NCBI GenBank assembly: GCA_000002445.1 | Contig: CP000066.1 | Location: 96,001-160,000, forward strand | From: Trypanosoma brucei | Taxonomy: Eukaryota | Length of the DNA: 64,000 bases | Direction of reading: 5' to 3' | Shown here: positions 37,101 through 51,111 of the stretch, piece after piece | Position numbering within the stretch: position 1 is the stretch's first letter | Layout of the letters: the number at the start of each line of letters is the position of its first letter | Notes under the pieces: generated by a model | The model's database searches: none | Seen by the model: the letters and a program-made list of their open reading frames with translations, nothing else | Told to the model about the DNA's origin: nothing | Position numbers and translations under genes: made by a program

Positions 37101-40100
37101 CGTATGAACTTTCTAATGCCTTTGGGAATACGAATGTCCTATAACACGCGCAACTAACGGCAAAATGGAAGAGAACGATGTAGCAAGAAAGAAGCTTAAT
37201 ATCATGCTTTCCGAAAAAAAAAAATATGGTACTGTTTCCGACGTTATTGTAGAAGGATAACCGACCAAAGTATGTATCAATGTTGAAAAGACCCTCCACC
37301 TTTTTCAGTTGCGCCTATCGTACACGTTCGCTTGTCGTTTCCCCGAAGTGGTAACTGATTCAAACTTTTGTGTCTCAAAACCTCCAATTCCTTCAACTTA
37401 TACACGCACCGAAAACGATCTCCACGAGTTTGTTACCGACCTCAGGCCTCCCCATGATCTCTTTTTTCCCGTCAGTCAGATTCGATAGACGCGCTCGTGT
37501 TGGGTTAATAATAAAAAAAATCAGGTTTCAAAACAGTGGAGAACGAACGAGACCCGCGCGCGATAATTCCACAACACTATATGTACACCTTTTAGGTTTC
37601 CTCATTTGGGGTTAAAAAGCATCCTCATTTTCACGACCTCAGTACTTAACGCACTCAAATCCGGCACCACTAAACGTAAAAACAGGGCAAACCGCCATGT
37701 TACACCTTGCCCCCCACCCACACGCACTTTGAAGACGTCTCACTGCCATCGAGATATAATGCCTCCAACCTCATCTGCATTACATCGATCTTCCCAAACC
37801 TTCGCCCCTAACAGCCATCTCACTGGCTTTAAAAAAAAATTCCACATTCTCGCGAGCCCCTGCATATATCTTCTACTTTTTCGCACGCCCTCAAACCCGT
37901 CCATCGACATGCATTCCAACTTCGGTATTCCCTTCAAACCCTCCATATTTGCCAGGTACCAACGGACCAAGAAATTTACGGGACAAAAGACTTCGCTGCT
38001 ACGCTCAAGAACAAGATAAACACATTTCCCCCTCAGACAGATAAAATCCCCTGCGATTCCAAATCTCACTCGCAGCCTTTATGATATTTTTTGGAAAGCG
38101 CCTAGTTGCACCACCCCTACGACGCGCAGAAGCCGTATCATTCCTACACTGTCATTTACTCTGTCCTGATTTCTCAGCTACCCATTTCTTTTTCTTTTTT
38201 CGTTTAGCGTTAACACTAACCACAACTAAATTTGGTAGTACTCCCTTCCCTTCCACATATCCGTCACCTTTCATCAATCCTGCAACCATTGCTACTGCTT
38301 GTAGTTGGGTTCCCCCCCCTACCAAGGGTACAGTGACACAACGCAGCTACTTGGCTACACGAGCACCTATAGCATATCTGAGGCCAGTCAGTTCTTCTTT
38401 TGGATCGGTTGATCCTCAAAACAACCACCATCGTTCTTTCTCTTCTATCTGACCTGAATCCCCCTACGCACGAACAAACATCCGTGTGTGCAACTGAACA
38501 AACACATCGTATATGTCTAAAACAACCATACTCCCATTTCACCTCTTTTTGGCGACACAAACTGCCGTCCCTGGTGGCGAGCACAATCCCCTGAAGTGTT
38601 AAAAACAAAGACATCGATCTACTGTTCCCCTTTCCGAGAATCAGCATTTCAACATTGCTTCATAACATCCTCAAAACAACCACTCGCCTTATTATTATTT
38701 TCCTTTATCTCGCAGCTTGACAACGCAAACATTTCTTTCTATACTCTGCTCTACACCCTGCTTATACATAACGGGACTGAACGCCAACCCACCGAAGCGT
38801 TGACGCTTTCCAAGCAAAGGGGGCGTCTAAAACCATTATCCTTCACCTTCGTAAGGTTGGAAGGGTTATCACCGCACCGTTTCGCCAACGTTTACTCAAA
38901 TGCGTAACAGCAATAACCCAAGGAGCGCGAAGCACAGCCACTGCTGCGAATTGTCTCCACACACGTCGTGTCACTAAAGGGAGGGAGGGACCTCTCCTCG
39001 GTGTCAGCCTATATTAATCCATACCCTTAGAACTTGACACCCCATGTATGGGAAAAACGAGCCATCAATTCTTGTTCACTTCAAATCACCGTATTATCAA
39101 CAACAGCTGTCTGATGTTATGACGACAGAGAAGTTTGGAGTCTCGGTCATATTGCTGTTACAAAAACTTCCGCTACGATTGTGTCTCAAAATATTTTTCT
39201 AAGCATATTGGGTGATTTCCCACTTTGACATATAAACGATCAATGTGTCTGTGATCCAAACAGTGGAACAACATCATATCTCCGTAGAGAATGGGCTTCA
39301 CTACCCTCTCGAGGAGGTAAGCACTTACATTCCTCAGCAAGTAAGATCTTCATCGCATCCAAAGTCTGAATATAATTTGTTAGCCGCAGACGATTTCCTG
39401 TGTTTCCACTTGTTGGTTGTGCTCTTCCACGACTTCAGAAGGTGCAGGAACACGCCTTATTAAAGCAGAGACACAAGTTCCCTCTGTCTACAGGTCCCGC
39501 TTCTGGGTAAGGAAGTTCCAAGGAATATAACCAAGGGGATTTGATACATGCACCCATTATTCACATCATCCTGGTAATATTTAACTTTTCTCTCCACTTC
39601 TCAGCATGGGAAGTGAACTGGATACTATATCTCCTTTCATGAGCAAAGTAAAAAAAAAAAGATGTGTAAAACGTAAAATGATGACCTATGCAAGCTGCTC
39701 GCTCGTCCCACCCAGCATCACACTTACACTGTAAAATACTTATCCCTCCATGCAATAACACGTTTGATTCTTTTACCCAGGTAATAAGGTTTACCGTGCA
39801 GCAATAGCAGAGCGCACTGCTCCAGTGTAACACTAGCAGAACAGCGTGCCGATACAACTGCCGTTACCCACGCGACCTAAATGTTCCCCCCCAAATCATT
39901 TTGAGTGGGAGCTTCAGTAGAACGAGCAGCAGTCTGTCCAACTCTAATGGGACCCATCTCCCAAAAACGCTATTCCATTTCTATCATAAGCATCGCCGCT
40001 GTTCAAAATGCTCCATCAGTTGCTGGGTTGTGAATCCGATATTCATACGATTCCCTATGCTAGCTCGTGTTTTTTTATTTCTACTCGTGACGCTTAACTG

Positions 40101-42287
40101 CCCAGTTCTTGGGACAGTGCTAAGTTGCACAGACGGCTTCATCCAAACGTGTAGTCGGAACTAGAAGAGAATACACAGCAATGCCAAACAGTGGTTATAT
40201 ATCAAGGGGGAAAGGTGTTCCCTTTCGCACTCCACCTGCTTGAAAAATGGGCATGTCACTCTCGCCTGTATCGTTTCGGCACAACGGCCTTCCGCACATG
40301 ATCTCACAGTTTGCTAGCTAGTTTATACGTTTCATAATGCATCCAAGTTGTGTTTCTGTTCTCTACTTTTCTGTAGGACGGAATTAGGACAATGCTTTCG
40401 TCCTTCCAACTGTCACAGGGGGTTTTCTCCTTGCCTATTTCTTTTTTCTTTAACCTAAGCGCGTCACCGCCAGTGTCGGATTGTTTGTATCTAATGAACC
40501 TGTAAGTGACGATAAGTAAGTGCGCGGCGCCATATACCCCAATTCTGAGCTGCTACCGAGCTTTAAGCGTGGCGAAAAAGTGTTTATATGGGGAAGATGG
40601 GTTCTAAGCTTCGGTTTCAGCGCATAATAAAAGTCTTTCTGACACCCTGAAGATCAATTGCTTTTTAAAAGACGGTTCGTGAAATAAAACAAAATTGTGT
40701 GCTAAGCAGTGGACGAGTTATCATACGAACAAAACATAAGGAAGCTTCCTCGAACAACCATAACAAGCAATAGTTAGTGTATAATTTGCTTATGCCATCA
40801 TTTTTATTTTAAATATGATCATCCCCTTTGCCGCACAGATCATTTTAAATGTGTATCACTTAAAAAGAAAACCACTGCTCAAATAACGACGAAAAGAAAG
40901 TTTGTATAACGAGTTACGTCACGGTGATACAAACAAAAATTATGAATACCATTTCGATCAAAAGGCAGTTATGTTCACAGCTGCTGGAAGAGTGCCAGGC
41001 TGCGGCGAGAGTTGAAAGCTTTAAGACGGTCGCAAATCATTATAAAACCGTTTCCTCATTGGCACCTGAAAGCTCGGAATCCCCTTTTACTTCCTGCAAT
41101 GTTTCTCCCGTTTGTCATTAGGGGCGAAAAGTAAGGTATTAGTGCAGTACCAAATTTAATATGGTTTTGCTAAATAAAAAAAAATCTTTTGAAACGTTCA
41201 GAATGTTCCCCACATGGTTACAAGCGACCTTTTCTGGATGTACTAAAATACTCATCTTTCCAATTACCTTAACACGGGTGAGCAGCAACGCCATCACTTT
41301 CATCCATGTGCTGCAAATAAAGGTTCGTGTTTTCTACATGAGTGCACCCCTATTTTCCCCTTTTGTTCTCGTGCATCAAACTGGATTGCATATCTGAGTC
41401 AATATACCTCTTCTATTCCACAATTTGTCACAACACCCCCATATTTTGAGCTGATAAGTATTTAGCTATCTGCACCACTCTCTTTTTATTTCTAAGTACA
41501 GGTGATTATTCATCTGTGATATCCCCAAGTCTTTTGTCTTCTTAACCACCCCCAACAAATTTTAATAGTGTGCGCTAAGTTCGGCACATGCACGGCCTGT
41601 TCCCTCTCACGTCATTCCTTCCACTTCAAGTTATTCCCTTTGTGCGAAATCGTTCGTTAAGTACTTGCACTTTGAATACTTGAAAGGCAGGTGTACGAGC
41701 ATGGGAAGTGGCGATATTGGACCATCTGCCACTCAGTTCATCCTCTTAACAGTAGTTCCCATCATGCCACAAAACTAACGAAATGACTGTTCCCAGTAGC
41801 ACATTTTTTTTCTCCGTGTCGCCTGCTGCAAAAGGGGAAATGGTTTCAATACCTAAAAAAAAGTGCCACATGTTAACGTGTTGGAGGTAGACGTAAAACA
41901 AATCTCCCTACGACATCAACACTTAAAATAAAAAATTAATGCCCCCGTCCCCATATGCCGCCGAAACATCACTGCAGGATACTTGGCTTCCCAACCGTTG
42001 TGAGAAAAGTATGTTCAGTTCCCTTGCACTTTCGCTGCCAAACCGTGTCGCGAGCAGTCAGTTTCCCATAGAGGGATGCAAGGCCCATGATGCTGCTAAA
42101 TGCCGCGACACCGCCAGTGAAAGCTTCAACCGCCGGATGGCCCGTTTGGTTTTCTTTACCGCCTTTGGGCCCTGTCTTATGAATCCGTCACCAGCCTCAT
42201 ATTCGGAGCCGATGCGTGTCCCGGGCCCGACTCTGAGAGCCGGGTTCGTTTGAGTATCACATCATGCGGAACAATACCGCCTCCCCT

Positions 42288-42294
42288 CCACACA

Positions 42295-42334
<40 letters not shown>
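42288..42334. repeat. (CA)n dinucleotide microsatellite
   Basis: acacaaacacacacacacacacacacacacacacacacacacacc. Confidence 0.9.
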
Positions 42335-42336
<2 letters not shown>

Positions 42337-45300
42337 ATCATGTGATCCCCGCGACGAGGTTAGTGAACTTGAAAACGCTGCGGCCCAAAATCAGTCAGGC
42401 GCAGCACCTCTCCCTCTTTGAAGCGACCCCTTCCCTCAAGTGCGATCAGGGTGTGGGGAACACCCCCCTTTGCCACACTGAATGCAGAAAGTCGGCCAGG
42501 GTCCTCACCCTTGTGGAATTACCGTTGGGTCTGAAGCGTTCATAAAGGACTCTGCCGTAGGTAAGGGGAAGCGAAAACGCAAATGCGGTCCACTTTTCTG
42601 ACACGGCTGCCGATGAGGTGCGCATCGCCCGCCAGGCTCCCACTGAGAAACCAAGCGACGATGGCAACATGTCACATCTGGAGGCAGGCCGGCATCCGTT
42701 CTGGGTTGCGGCAACTCGCTGCTGTTCATTGGCAACTGCTGCGCCAAAGTCCGCTGAATGTTGCGCATTAAAATTTGGCTACACGGTTCCCCAGCTCGAG
42801 CTTTTCTGCGAAAGGGTATCCTCAATCCCGCCTCCTTGGTGCGACCCGCCACGACTCAACTTTTTCCGCGCTGTCGTGCACAGGGGCGGGTTACGCGCCA
42901 CCCACACTTTCAAGGGCTTTTTGTACGGCTTGGCGTAGCCAATCAGACGTGTTCGAGCTGGTAGAAGACGGCGGGACGTTTTTTTTTTTTGCAGATGAGT
43001 TGGAGAAATGGGCCAGAGATTGGTCACAGGGAACCCTGGTGGCGCTGGATGAAGGTTTTGTTTCGGCGAAGTCCCCGAATTCCAGCATTAGCGACGCTAG
43101 GTTAAAGAACCCATGATTCGGCGCCGTTGACAACTGCGTGATGGCTGTGTCCGTGCCCTATACTTCTCAGTTTTGCACTCCAGCGATTTTGTTTGGGTGA
43201 GGTTCGCATGCTGGCGACTCTTCTCCGATTGGAGTGGGGTTAGCGGCGCCTCAGTTATGGAAAGGGCATCAGGAAAGGGATTGTGCTACTCGTGGGGCAT
43301 CTGCCGATCCCTTTAACCTCCGTTATCTGCCACCACTGCCATGGGATTTGGCCCAGCAGAGGGCGGCCTTTTGTGTGCTTGTGTGCGAGTCGGTGCCTGT
43401 GTAAACTGACTTAACCCGCTGGCCGTCGTTGGTATTGAATTTAGCGGATGAATACTTCAAGTCTTCATTTGGTTACCTGTGCAACTTTTCTGTCAGGGAG
43501 CGATTTAGGATAATGTTTGTGGCTCTTTAAGACATGCGGATCCAAGGGGAGATAGATTGAGAGATGCTCACACGCGCGTTTTTGCTACACCACGAACATT
43601 AACTTTCGAAGCTATAAAGGTATTGTTAGAAATACAACCGCTCCAGATGTACACAGTCGTTTTTCTATTTGATTTACTTTCTTCAGTGACAGCACCTCTC
43701 GGTGCGTGCCATGACACTGAGTCTTTACTGCACAGCTTGTTTGACCACTGAACACTGGATCAATCAATCGAGCAAGATAGTGATATATGTGTTTTCGCCC
43801 GCTAATTGCTGATTTGTTTTTAATAAATAAAACATTCATGTTTTTTGTTGTGTTTGTGCAGTCATACTACTCATTGACAATCTTATGTTTGGGTATTCAC
43901 AGGATGTATGTATCGTCGTCAGTGACTCTCCTGGTATTGTTGTCCTTATCACTGCAAACCACAGACCAGGCAAGTACGATCATCAAAGTGTGCGTTCACA
44001 CTGTTACAGGTTTTTGACGGGAAATGTTGATGCTGGTGTCTTTATTAGTTATTGCGTTGTTACTCTCTCATGTGTATTATAAAGTAATCGTGAAAGTTGT
44101 GTACGAATCGGTTTTACCAACTTTGCGTTGCGCTGAATTACTATCTTCGCGCCCGACAGCACCATTGTCGATCCTGGATGTATTTTATGTACGCTTACGT
44201 GATACCGCAAATATGTGTGAGAAATCATTGTAAAAGGGTCGATAACATTTATTTAACGTCGTTGACAGTGCGATGCTCATGATTTTTTCGGACTGAGAAA
44301 CTAAACTTAGAAACAGTATTGTGACTCGTATATGCCAACGAGTGAAGTTGTTGCTTTATTGGCCCTCCTTCTGTCGTAATTGTTAGGTGCTTAGGCCACG
44401 CTCTGAAAGGCATGGATTATGACAGTGTTTAACGTAACTGATATTCCTCGTTCTGGTAGGACCGAGGATTACCTCCTTTGGCAAGTTACTGGCAGTTCGT
44501 GGATTACATTAAAGTGGGATATCCTTTCCCTTACGTTGAGGTTGGTTAAATGCAGAGAAGATTATCTTAGTACTTTTTGTCACGGTAGTCGGCAAAAGCA
44601 TCCGTTTTCATTTCAGGGGCATGCGCCTCTTTGCTTTCGTGGTTCCAACATTTCACATGTAATCTCGAGCGTGTCGGTTTAGCACGCTCTTTTCAGCATC
44701 GTGAGCCTTCAAACACGACACTTCTTTAAAGACTGAGCAACCCAATTTTAAAACCGTGGCGAGTGTGAGCTCTGTGCTCTATTTCTGTCATTTGGTTGTC
44801 ACATTAATGGAATGGAACATAGCAGGGTAACAGCAGTAAGCGGTACGAATTGGAACAATACTCATTCATCGGGATTGTGCCGCATCCGAGGGCATAACTT
44901 CACTCTACGAGCATTGCTCTGCAGTATTGGGTTACTGGCTGATTCAATACCATCAGCACTCTTGATCACACTGCTATGAAGCTGTATGGTTGTAAACGAT
45001 GAAGATGTTAGTCATTCCATCAAATCGAACGACATTTTGGCATCACCATCTATCGTAAATGAGTTCCGCCGCTTACCGTTTGTACCTTAGAACACTTCAA
45101 GTAGCGTGAATGTTGGTGCAACTGCAGGTTGACAGTTTATCATAAGGAAACATTTTATTAATGTGTACGGTGGTGCAATACCATTCTCTGTAAAAAAAAG
45201 GGGGGGAATGTATTACAGGAGATGTAGCAATGACAGAAGGAACGGCTGTAACTGGGTTGAACGAGCAGGAAATGGTCGATCAGCGCTGGTCTCCCTGCTG

Positions 45301-48300
45301 CCGCGAGGGGTTGAGGTTATTTGGGTTTCTACTTCCCAATGTGCGCATTTGCTGCTTGGAGTTAAATCAAAAAATACTGTGATGATACCAGCCCTGAATG
45401 ACCCCCTGTGTTCTGCCGCTTGTTCCAAGACAACCCCTTGTACGGGGGAGAGTAGCGGTAACGGCTGTTAAAGCGGATAAACCACACACAAAATAACGTA
45501 ACTTGGCATCCCGTTTACCATCCCTACTTTCCAGCGACTGATCGGGTAGGTTACGTGCATACTCTTGGGGGTCAACACTCTCCCATTAGATAATAAAGAG
45601 ATAACCTACTGTTTCACAAACCATCTGCGTTTTCTGGCTACAAAGGTTTATGTTGGGTAAACATCTGCACTATTGCAGTACAGACTTCACATTTTACAGG
45701 AGGCATATTCGCGGGACGAACAAGCGTAACGCAAGTCATACACTGGTAGAATGCCACTGCAACGGCACGGTCCTCCATAGGAAAAGTGTCGATACTGGTT
45801 CGCCACATCGCAAGGGAGAAGCAGACAGGAGCGAAAGACACTATTCTCATAGAAAAAGAGCGATTGAATAGCTTGCCAACAAACTCGGGTGCGCGAGGCA
45901 AAGAATGGCTCGAGCGTGCCCCAAAGAAACTAGGAATATAAAGGAGGTTACGCTATTGTCTCCGGTAAGAATGGAAACACAGACGACAACACCAAAAACA
46001 GATACACTGGCGCAACACTTCTTGAGCAAAGAGCTGAAAATCTTCTAAATGGAATGACGTTATGTGACAATGTAAGCGGAAAAGTAGCGGAGAAACATAA
46101 GGTGAAAAGTGCGATCAAAGGAAAGACACAGAGTGATGGAGAGGAAAAACATTTAAGGCAAGAACCACAGAAACAGCAGCCATCAACTCAACCAATCAGG
46201 AATTCCCACCGAGGTTACAAAACACGCAAGAAATAATTGTCACCAGGCCATTGCCGATAAAGGGACGGCTGCAGCTGTAATATCACCGGGGGCTGAGGAA
46301 GTAAGGACATATTATTTCCATGGAACAAGCAAACTAACGCGCAGTTACAGAGCATAAACTGTGCAATGAAAAGTGGATTCGAATCACTCGTAGGTGCCCC
46401 CAGGAATGCATCGAAAAAGTGGGAAAGTAATAGCATTTACCAACTCGTTGTCCCGGCCCGTTGTCTCTCACAAAACGGAGACCGCGAGTATCAATGAGGA
46501 AATCCCGTAGCTCAAATTAAGAAACTCCGTATAATTAACTGGAAGAATGGTAAACCCAACGTTTGAAACTGTATTATTACACCGTAGTGAAATACAAACT
46601 GGTGAACCGGCATGAAAAGACAACTTGGTGCCACAGCAGTGCTCATTGCGGAAGACGGGCGTTATTAAAGCTGTGATGGAGTGGAAACCAAAATGAAGGA
46701 AATCAATTTGAAAACACACAAAATTCCAAAGTGTGCCCCGACGAGGAATCGTATGAAACGCATCCGCCCCATGCTGAGGGGGATATCTCTCTTTGCACGA
46801 AAAAAGGTTAATACTGATCCGGTTTCGGAGAAGGACAACAAGGCATTTGTGTGGCACATGACAACAATATGGAAAAAAGAGAACGGACAACATCAAATAC
46901 AAACGGTGTTCTGTTGTGAACATTGACAGCCCTCTTCAAAAGTTTTTGTTGCAATGGACGGGTGACCGGCCCCAAAGCGCCATCGCGGCCAAGTGCAATG
47001 CGACAAAAACTTACTCATATGTCCAGTGCACTTTATTATACAAATGCGACGTGTTTTAGCAACTGACCGAGCGATAAACAAGCATCAATGGGAAAGGAAA
47101 AAGAACATGGAAAGGACTCCGAAAAGGAAACAAAACACAGATAACATACAGAGTGGACTCTAACTTCCATGCATCTATTGTATTTTATTTTATTTCGAAC
47201 AAATGCAATTGGTATGGGAATGCGTGCCACGACGCTTCTGAGGGAACCTTCCAGACGACCTTTTAGAAGCAAAAGGGAGACCTATCTGAAGAAACGGTGG
47301 AGAGCAAGGAAAGGAAAAAGGCTAAATTGACCCTTTCGTCCACCAAGCGTACCAACTGGGTGGGTGGTTGAGGAAGCGCAACGACACAGGTCATTCAAAC
47401 GGGGGCGAACAGAAGGCGCGGCCAAAAGCCCAAAGGACATATCACCAGGAAAATATGGCGGGGATGTGGAATTTCAAATGAGCCCAAGGAATTTTAAGCG
47501 AAAGGGGGAATTGGCATGTTGCAGGTGCAACAAACTGGATCACCGTGTCAAAAACCGATGGCACAGTCATGCAAACAAGTTGAAACCAAAGTTCCCCATT
47601 CGCCACAACAAATGCGGTTGACACTGGATAACGGGGCACTCGAAAAGCGACAACCCGAACGACCGAAGGAGTACCAGCGCCATGTTGTAAAAAAAGAAGC
47701 GCAGGCACAATTAAAAGGATGATTAAGAAAACGAAGCGCGAAAGGTAAAGGATGTGATCGCAGAAAGGAACGTGAAGGATGACAGCGAAAACACTGTATT
47801 CCTTGAAAAATTAGAGATGGTAATGCAAAAAAGGGCGGACTGAAGCGCAGAGTAGAGCACGGTACAAGATGTCGATGGTGCGATTATTAGCCTGTTCACT
47901 TGTCAGAATTGATTTTACACACCAGGAACAAACACTTCGATAAAAATGCAATGGGAAGAGATTGAGAAGCGGAGCGTTCCTAGTATTGAAGACGGTTCCA
48001 AAGGATCTCCAATGTACGCAACACCCGACAAAATGTATGGAACAAGGTACCCTCATCGAGCACTTGTAGCACTGGCGTGGGCACAAAATAGAGGGCTGCT
48101 GTGACGCTCTAAGAGTAGGGTGAGTGGAAACTCCCACACACTTACTACAATGAATAGCCCCTGAGCACTAAGTGGATAATGTGGCTTGATTAGACCCGAG
48201 AAAAGAGGTTAACGGCTTCGCGTAAATGTGGAAATTTTCTTGGTAAAGTTGTTTAGGCCCGACGATGTAGAGAAGGAAGCGCTACCTCCCTCCGATGCGG

Positions 48301-51111
48301 CACACAGAAATCCAAACAGCAAGGTTTAAAGGTATACGTTGGCTGAAACCATGGCACGTAACAATGCAACTAAATCGGAAGATGCCGGTGGCATCACTGT
48401 TGCCAGCGCGAACAGACCTAACGCCGCAGTGGGTGAAGTAGTAATGCAAAGTCGACCGCTAGCTAAAAGATGTCAAACAAAAAGTAAACATAGGGAAATG
48501 CTAGGTACTTAATCGATGGGTGGTAACAAACCCAAACAAAAAGTAGAAGATATCGTTGAAGCAGGCAGATACTGAACAGGCAACGAAGAACAAAGGGGCT
48601 ACCGGCTTGCAGAAATAACAGAAAGCAAAGTGTGGGGTAAGGTGTGGAAAAACAACGGGGAAACTGACTTTTTTGGTGTTAGTTGTGGTGATATTTTCAT
48701 ACACCTAAAGAGGGTGGTCGAGCCAAAGAAAAGGTGGCAAACGCGCAGAGGAACCGCGTAGCTGCATTGACCTGTGTGAAAAGAAAAAAAAATACTTTAC
48801 CAGCATCCGAGGGTTTGTATATTTTGTGTACAAACGAGGGTTGAATTGTGATTGTCACGGGAGTCCGCGGGAACTATAAGAACAAAGTAGAATTAGTAAT
48901 GCATTCAGCGGGCTGCGCGTTAGTGCCCTAGAACATGCTTGCACTCAATACTTTCATTCCCATCACCGTATCTATCGTCGTTTTCATTGCTCCCCCCCTA
49001 TATTCCCGTTATTCCAAGCTCCTCTCTGCGGATTTGCTTGCGATTTAACGCCTTGCTCCCGTCGCATGGCCTTACAAGTGAAACATCGATGAGAACACGC
49101 AACTTCCCCTACGATAAAAGTTGAAAATGCAAGGCATCACACAACCTGCCGACACTTGTGTATTCCATGGCTTCGAAGGGGAAAAACACGTTTCCCAACC
49201 AACGTGAAGAATATTTTTTCGAAACGACAGAGAAGCAAACAAAGCAGATTGTTTCCCCACTGAATGTGATATTCCCCGGAGTTTTCTTTGTGCAGGTTGT
49301 GGGTCGTGAGGGCCCACTTAGTTCGATTCAGGGCATCTTTTTCCTTCCCCGGGGCTGGAGATCGCGTGAAACAAAGGGCGCGGTCACTACCACCAAATCC
49401 GCTATTTAATCATCCCATTTATTAGGAGCATGTACGTACGATGAAAAGAAAAGAAAGTAAATTAGCACGTGCATTTATACATGTGCGTGCCTCTCCCCCA
49501 TATTCCCTACTGCGTTCCACGTGTTGCGTAATTGCCTTTTTTTGACCGTGTTTTATCCCCTCGCGTAGCCTCGTCGATTGCTACATTTTACCTGAAGGCG
49601 AGGGGTGAACCGCATCCCCGGGAACGTGTTTTGTAGGTTCGTCTGATGGTTTAGGTGTAAAATATCTCGCCTCCGGCCGCTCTCGTTGTGCGCTGCGTCT
49701 AATCGGGCGTTTTTCGAATTGGAAGGGCGTTAGCGCTCTTTTGGTGTTTTTCACTGATGTGCAAAAAAAAAGTGGGTGCTTTAGGAGGTTTGGTTTTTGT
49801 CGTTTGCCACCGTGCTTCGTCCAGTTGAGACGCTGGTTTGAATGATTTTACAACCTGAGTGGCCCTCGGTACCTCTTTTTCCGAACCCTAGCCACTTATT
49901 TTCCGCTGTTTTACCACGTATCGCACATCAGATTTTTGAATCCCTGATAAATGTGGATGTGAAACGTGGGACCCGAAAGCGCCTTGGAGGACATGAGCGT
50001 GATGATGAGACGAGCACAGCAACGACTGGTCGCGCATGAGGCAATGGAAATTACACGCACTTTTCCATCGCTCGTATTCCGAGTTAAGGGGCAGGTTGGG
50101 TGGGTGCTGCAGCGGCTCGTAGCCATCCTCTTTTCAGATATTAAAAAAGGGACACGAAAGTCGAGGCAACTGCAAATGGGCACGGAAACCCGGCGACAAA
50201 TTGTGCTTCGATGTCGCCCTACACAAGCCATATTATCTCACCTTGTGTGATTTCATCAGAGCGCTTCCACCGCAGAGTCCCAACCAATGATGTGTGCAGC
50301 TAAACCAAACACGCCAGAGTACAGAGCAGAATAGGTTGCAACACAATACAATGGTCGCGACACCGTAGCGCATGGCGATGGACAACGGCAGACGCACTTC
50401 ATTCGCAAACGAAGAAACTGGTCCGAAACTTGCTGCGGCCGATGCGTGTCAGCATCCAATATTACGGGACTTTATCAAGTTATCGATTGCTCGGAAAGGA
50501 AACGAGACCTCGTGGCGTCAAGAACGACATGCTGCGGTGTAATTTTGTGCTGTTTGTCCTGCTAATAAACTCAATGGCTCCATTCCGGGGACGCTTCATT
50601 TCAAAACCTTTTTCAGTCAATGTCAGAAAAAATGTGAAAACCCCGAACGCGATTTATTTTATTGTCCACGGAACCAAACACACAAATACCCCGTCAAGAG
50701 AGTTGGTGTTTTCAAGAGAGAGATTAACCTCAGTTTCGGGAAGAATATTGAACGAAAAGTCTTTTCCCTACGAAGTTGTTCAAAGATTTAACTCTTTTTT
50801 TTTCTTTCACCCTATCGCGTGCGTGGGGAATTGAATTAATCCCCCATACTTCGGAAGCTAAAAATGGGGAAGATGGGTACCACTGGCTCACCCTCGCTTT
50901 TCTTTTGATTCCCGACCCTACACGCTGAAGGTCGGTGTTCTTTTTGGTAGCGCACAAGAACGGCAGTCCACTCACGTGCGCAATCCTTGTTTTCGTCACA
51001 GAACTTTCCAGTCCCGTTTTAACTTCAAAATTTCCGTCTTTTTTCTTTACACTTTACTGTAAGCGCGGTATCAAAGGGACTAACCATCGGTTTAAGGCAG
51101 TCATAAAAGTA

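Noticed and set aside
46325-46345. aactaacgc string reminiscent of the spliced-leader 5' end
   Set aside because: Only 9 nt match. There is no downstream SL exon or intron sequence.
49300-49340. GTTCGATTC-like T-loop motif suggesting a tRNA
   Set aside because: The surrounding sequence does not form acceptor, D or anticodon arms. It is an isolated motif match.
50935-51111. Upstream extension of the nucleoside-transporter ORF (MFFLVAHKNGSPLTCAIL...)
   Set aside because: The leader is not homologous-looking. ENT proteins begin near the first TM, so the start was placed at MMLGFESV.
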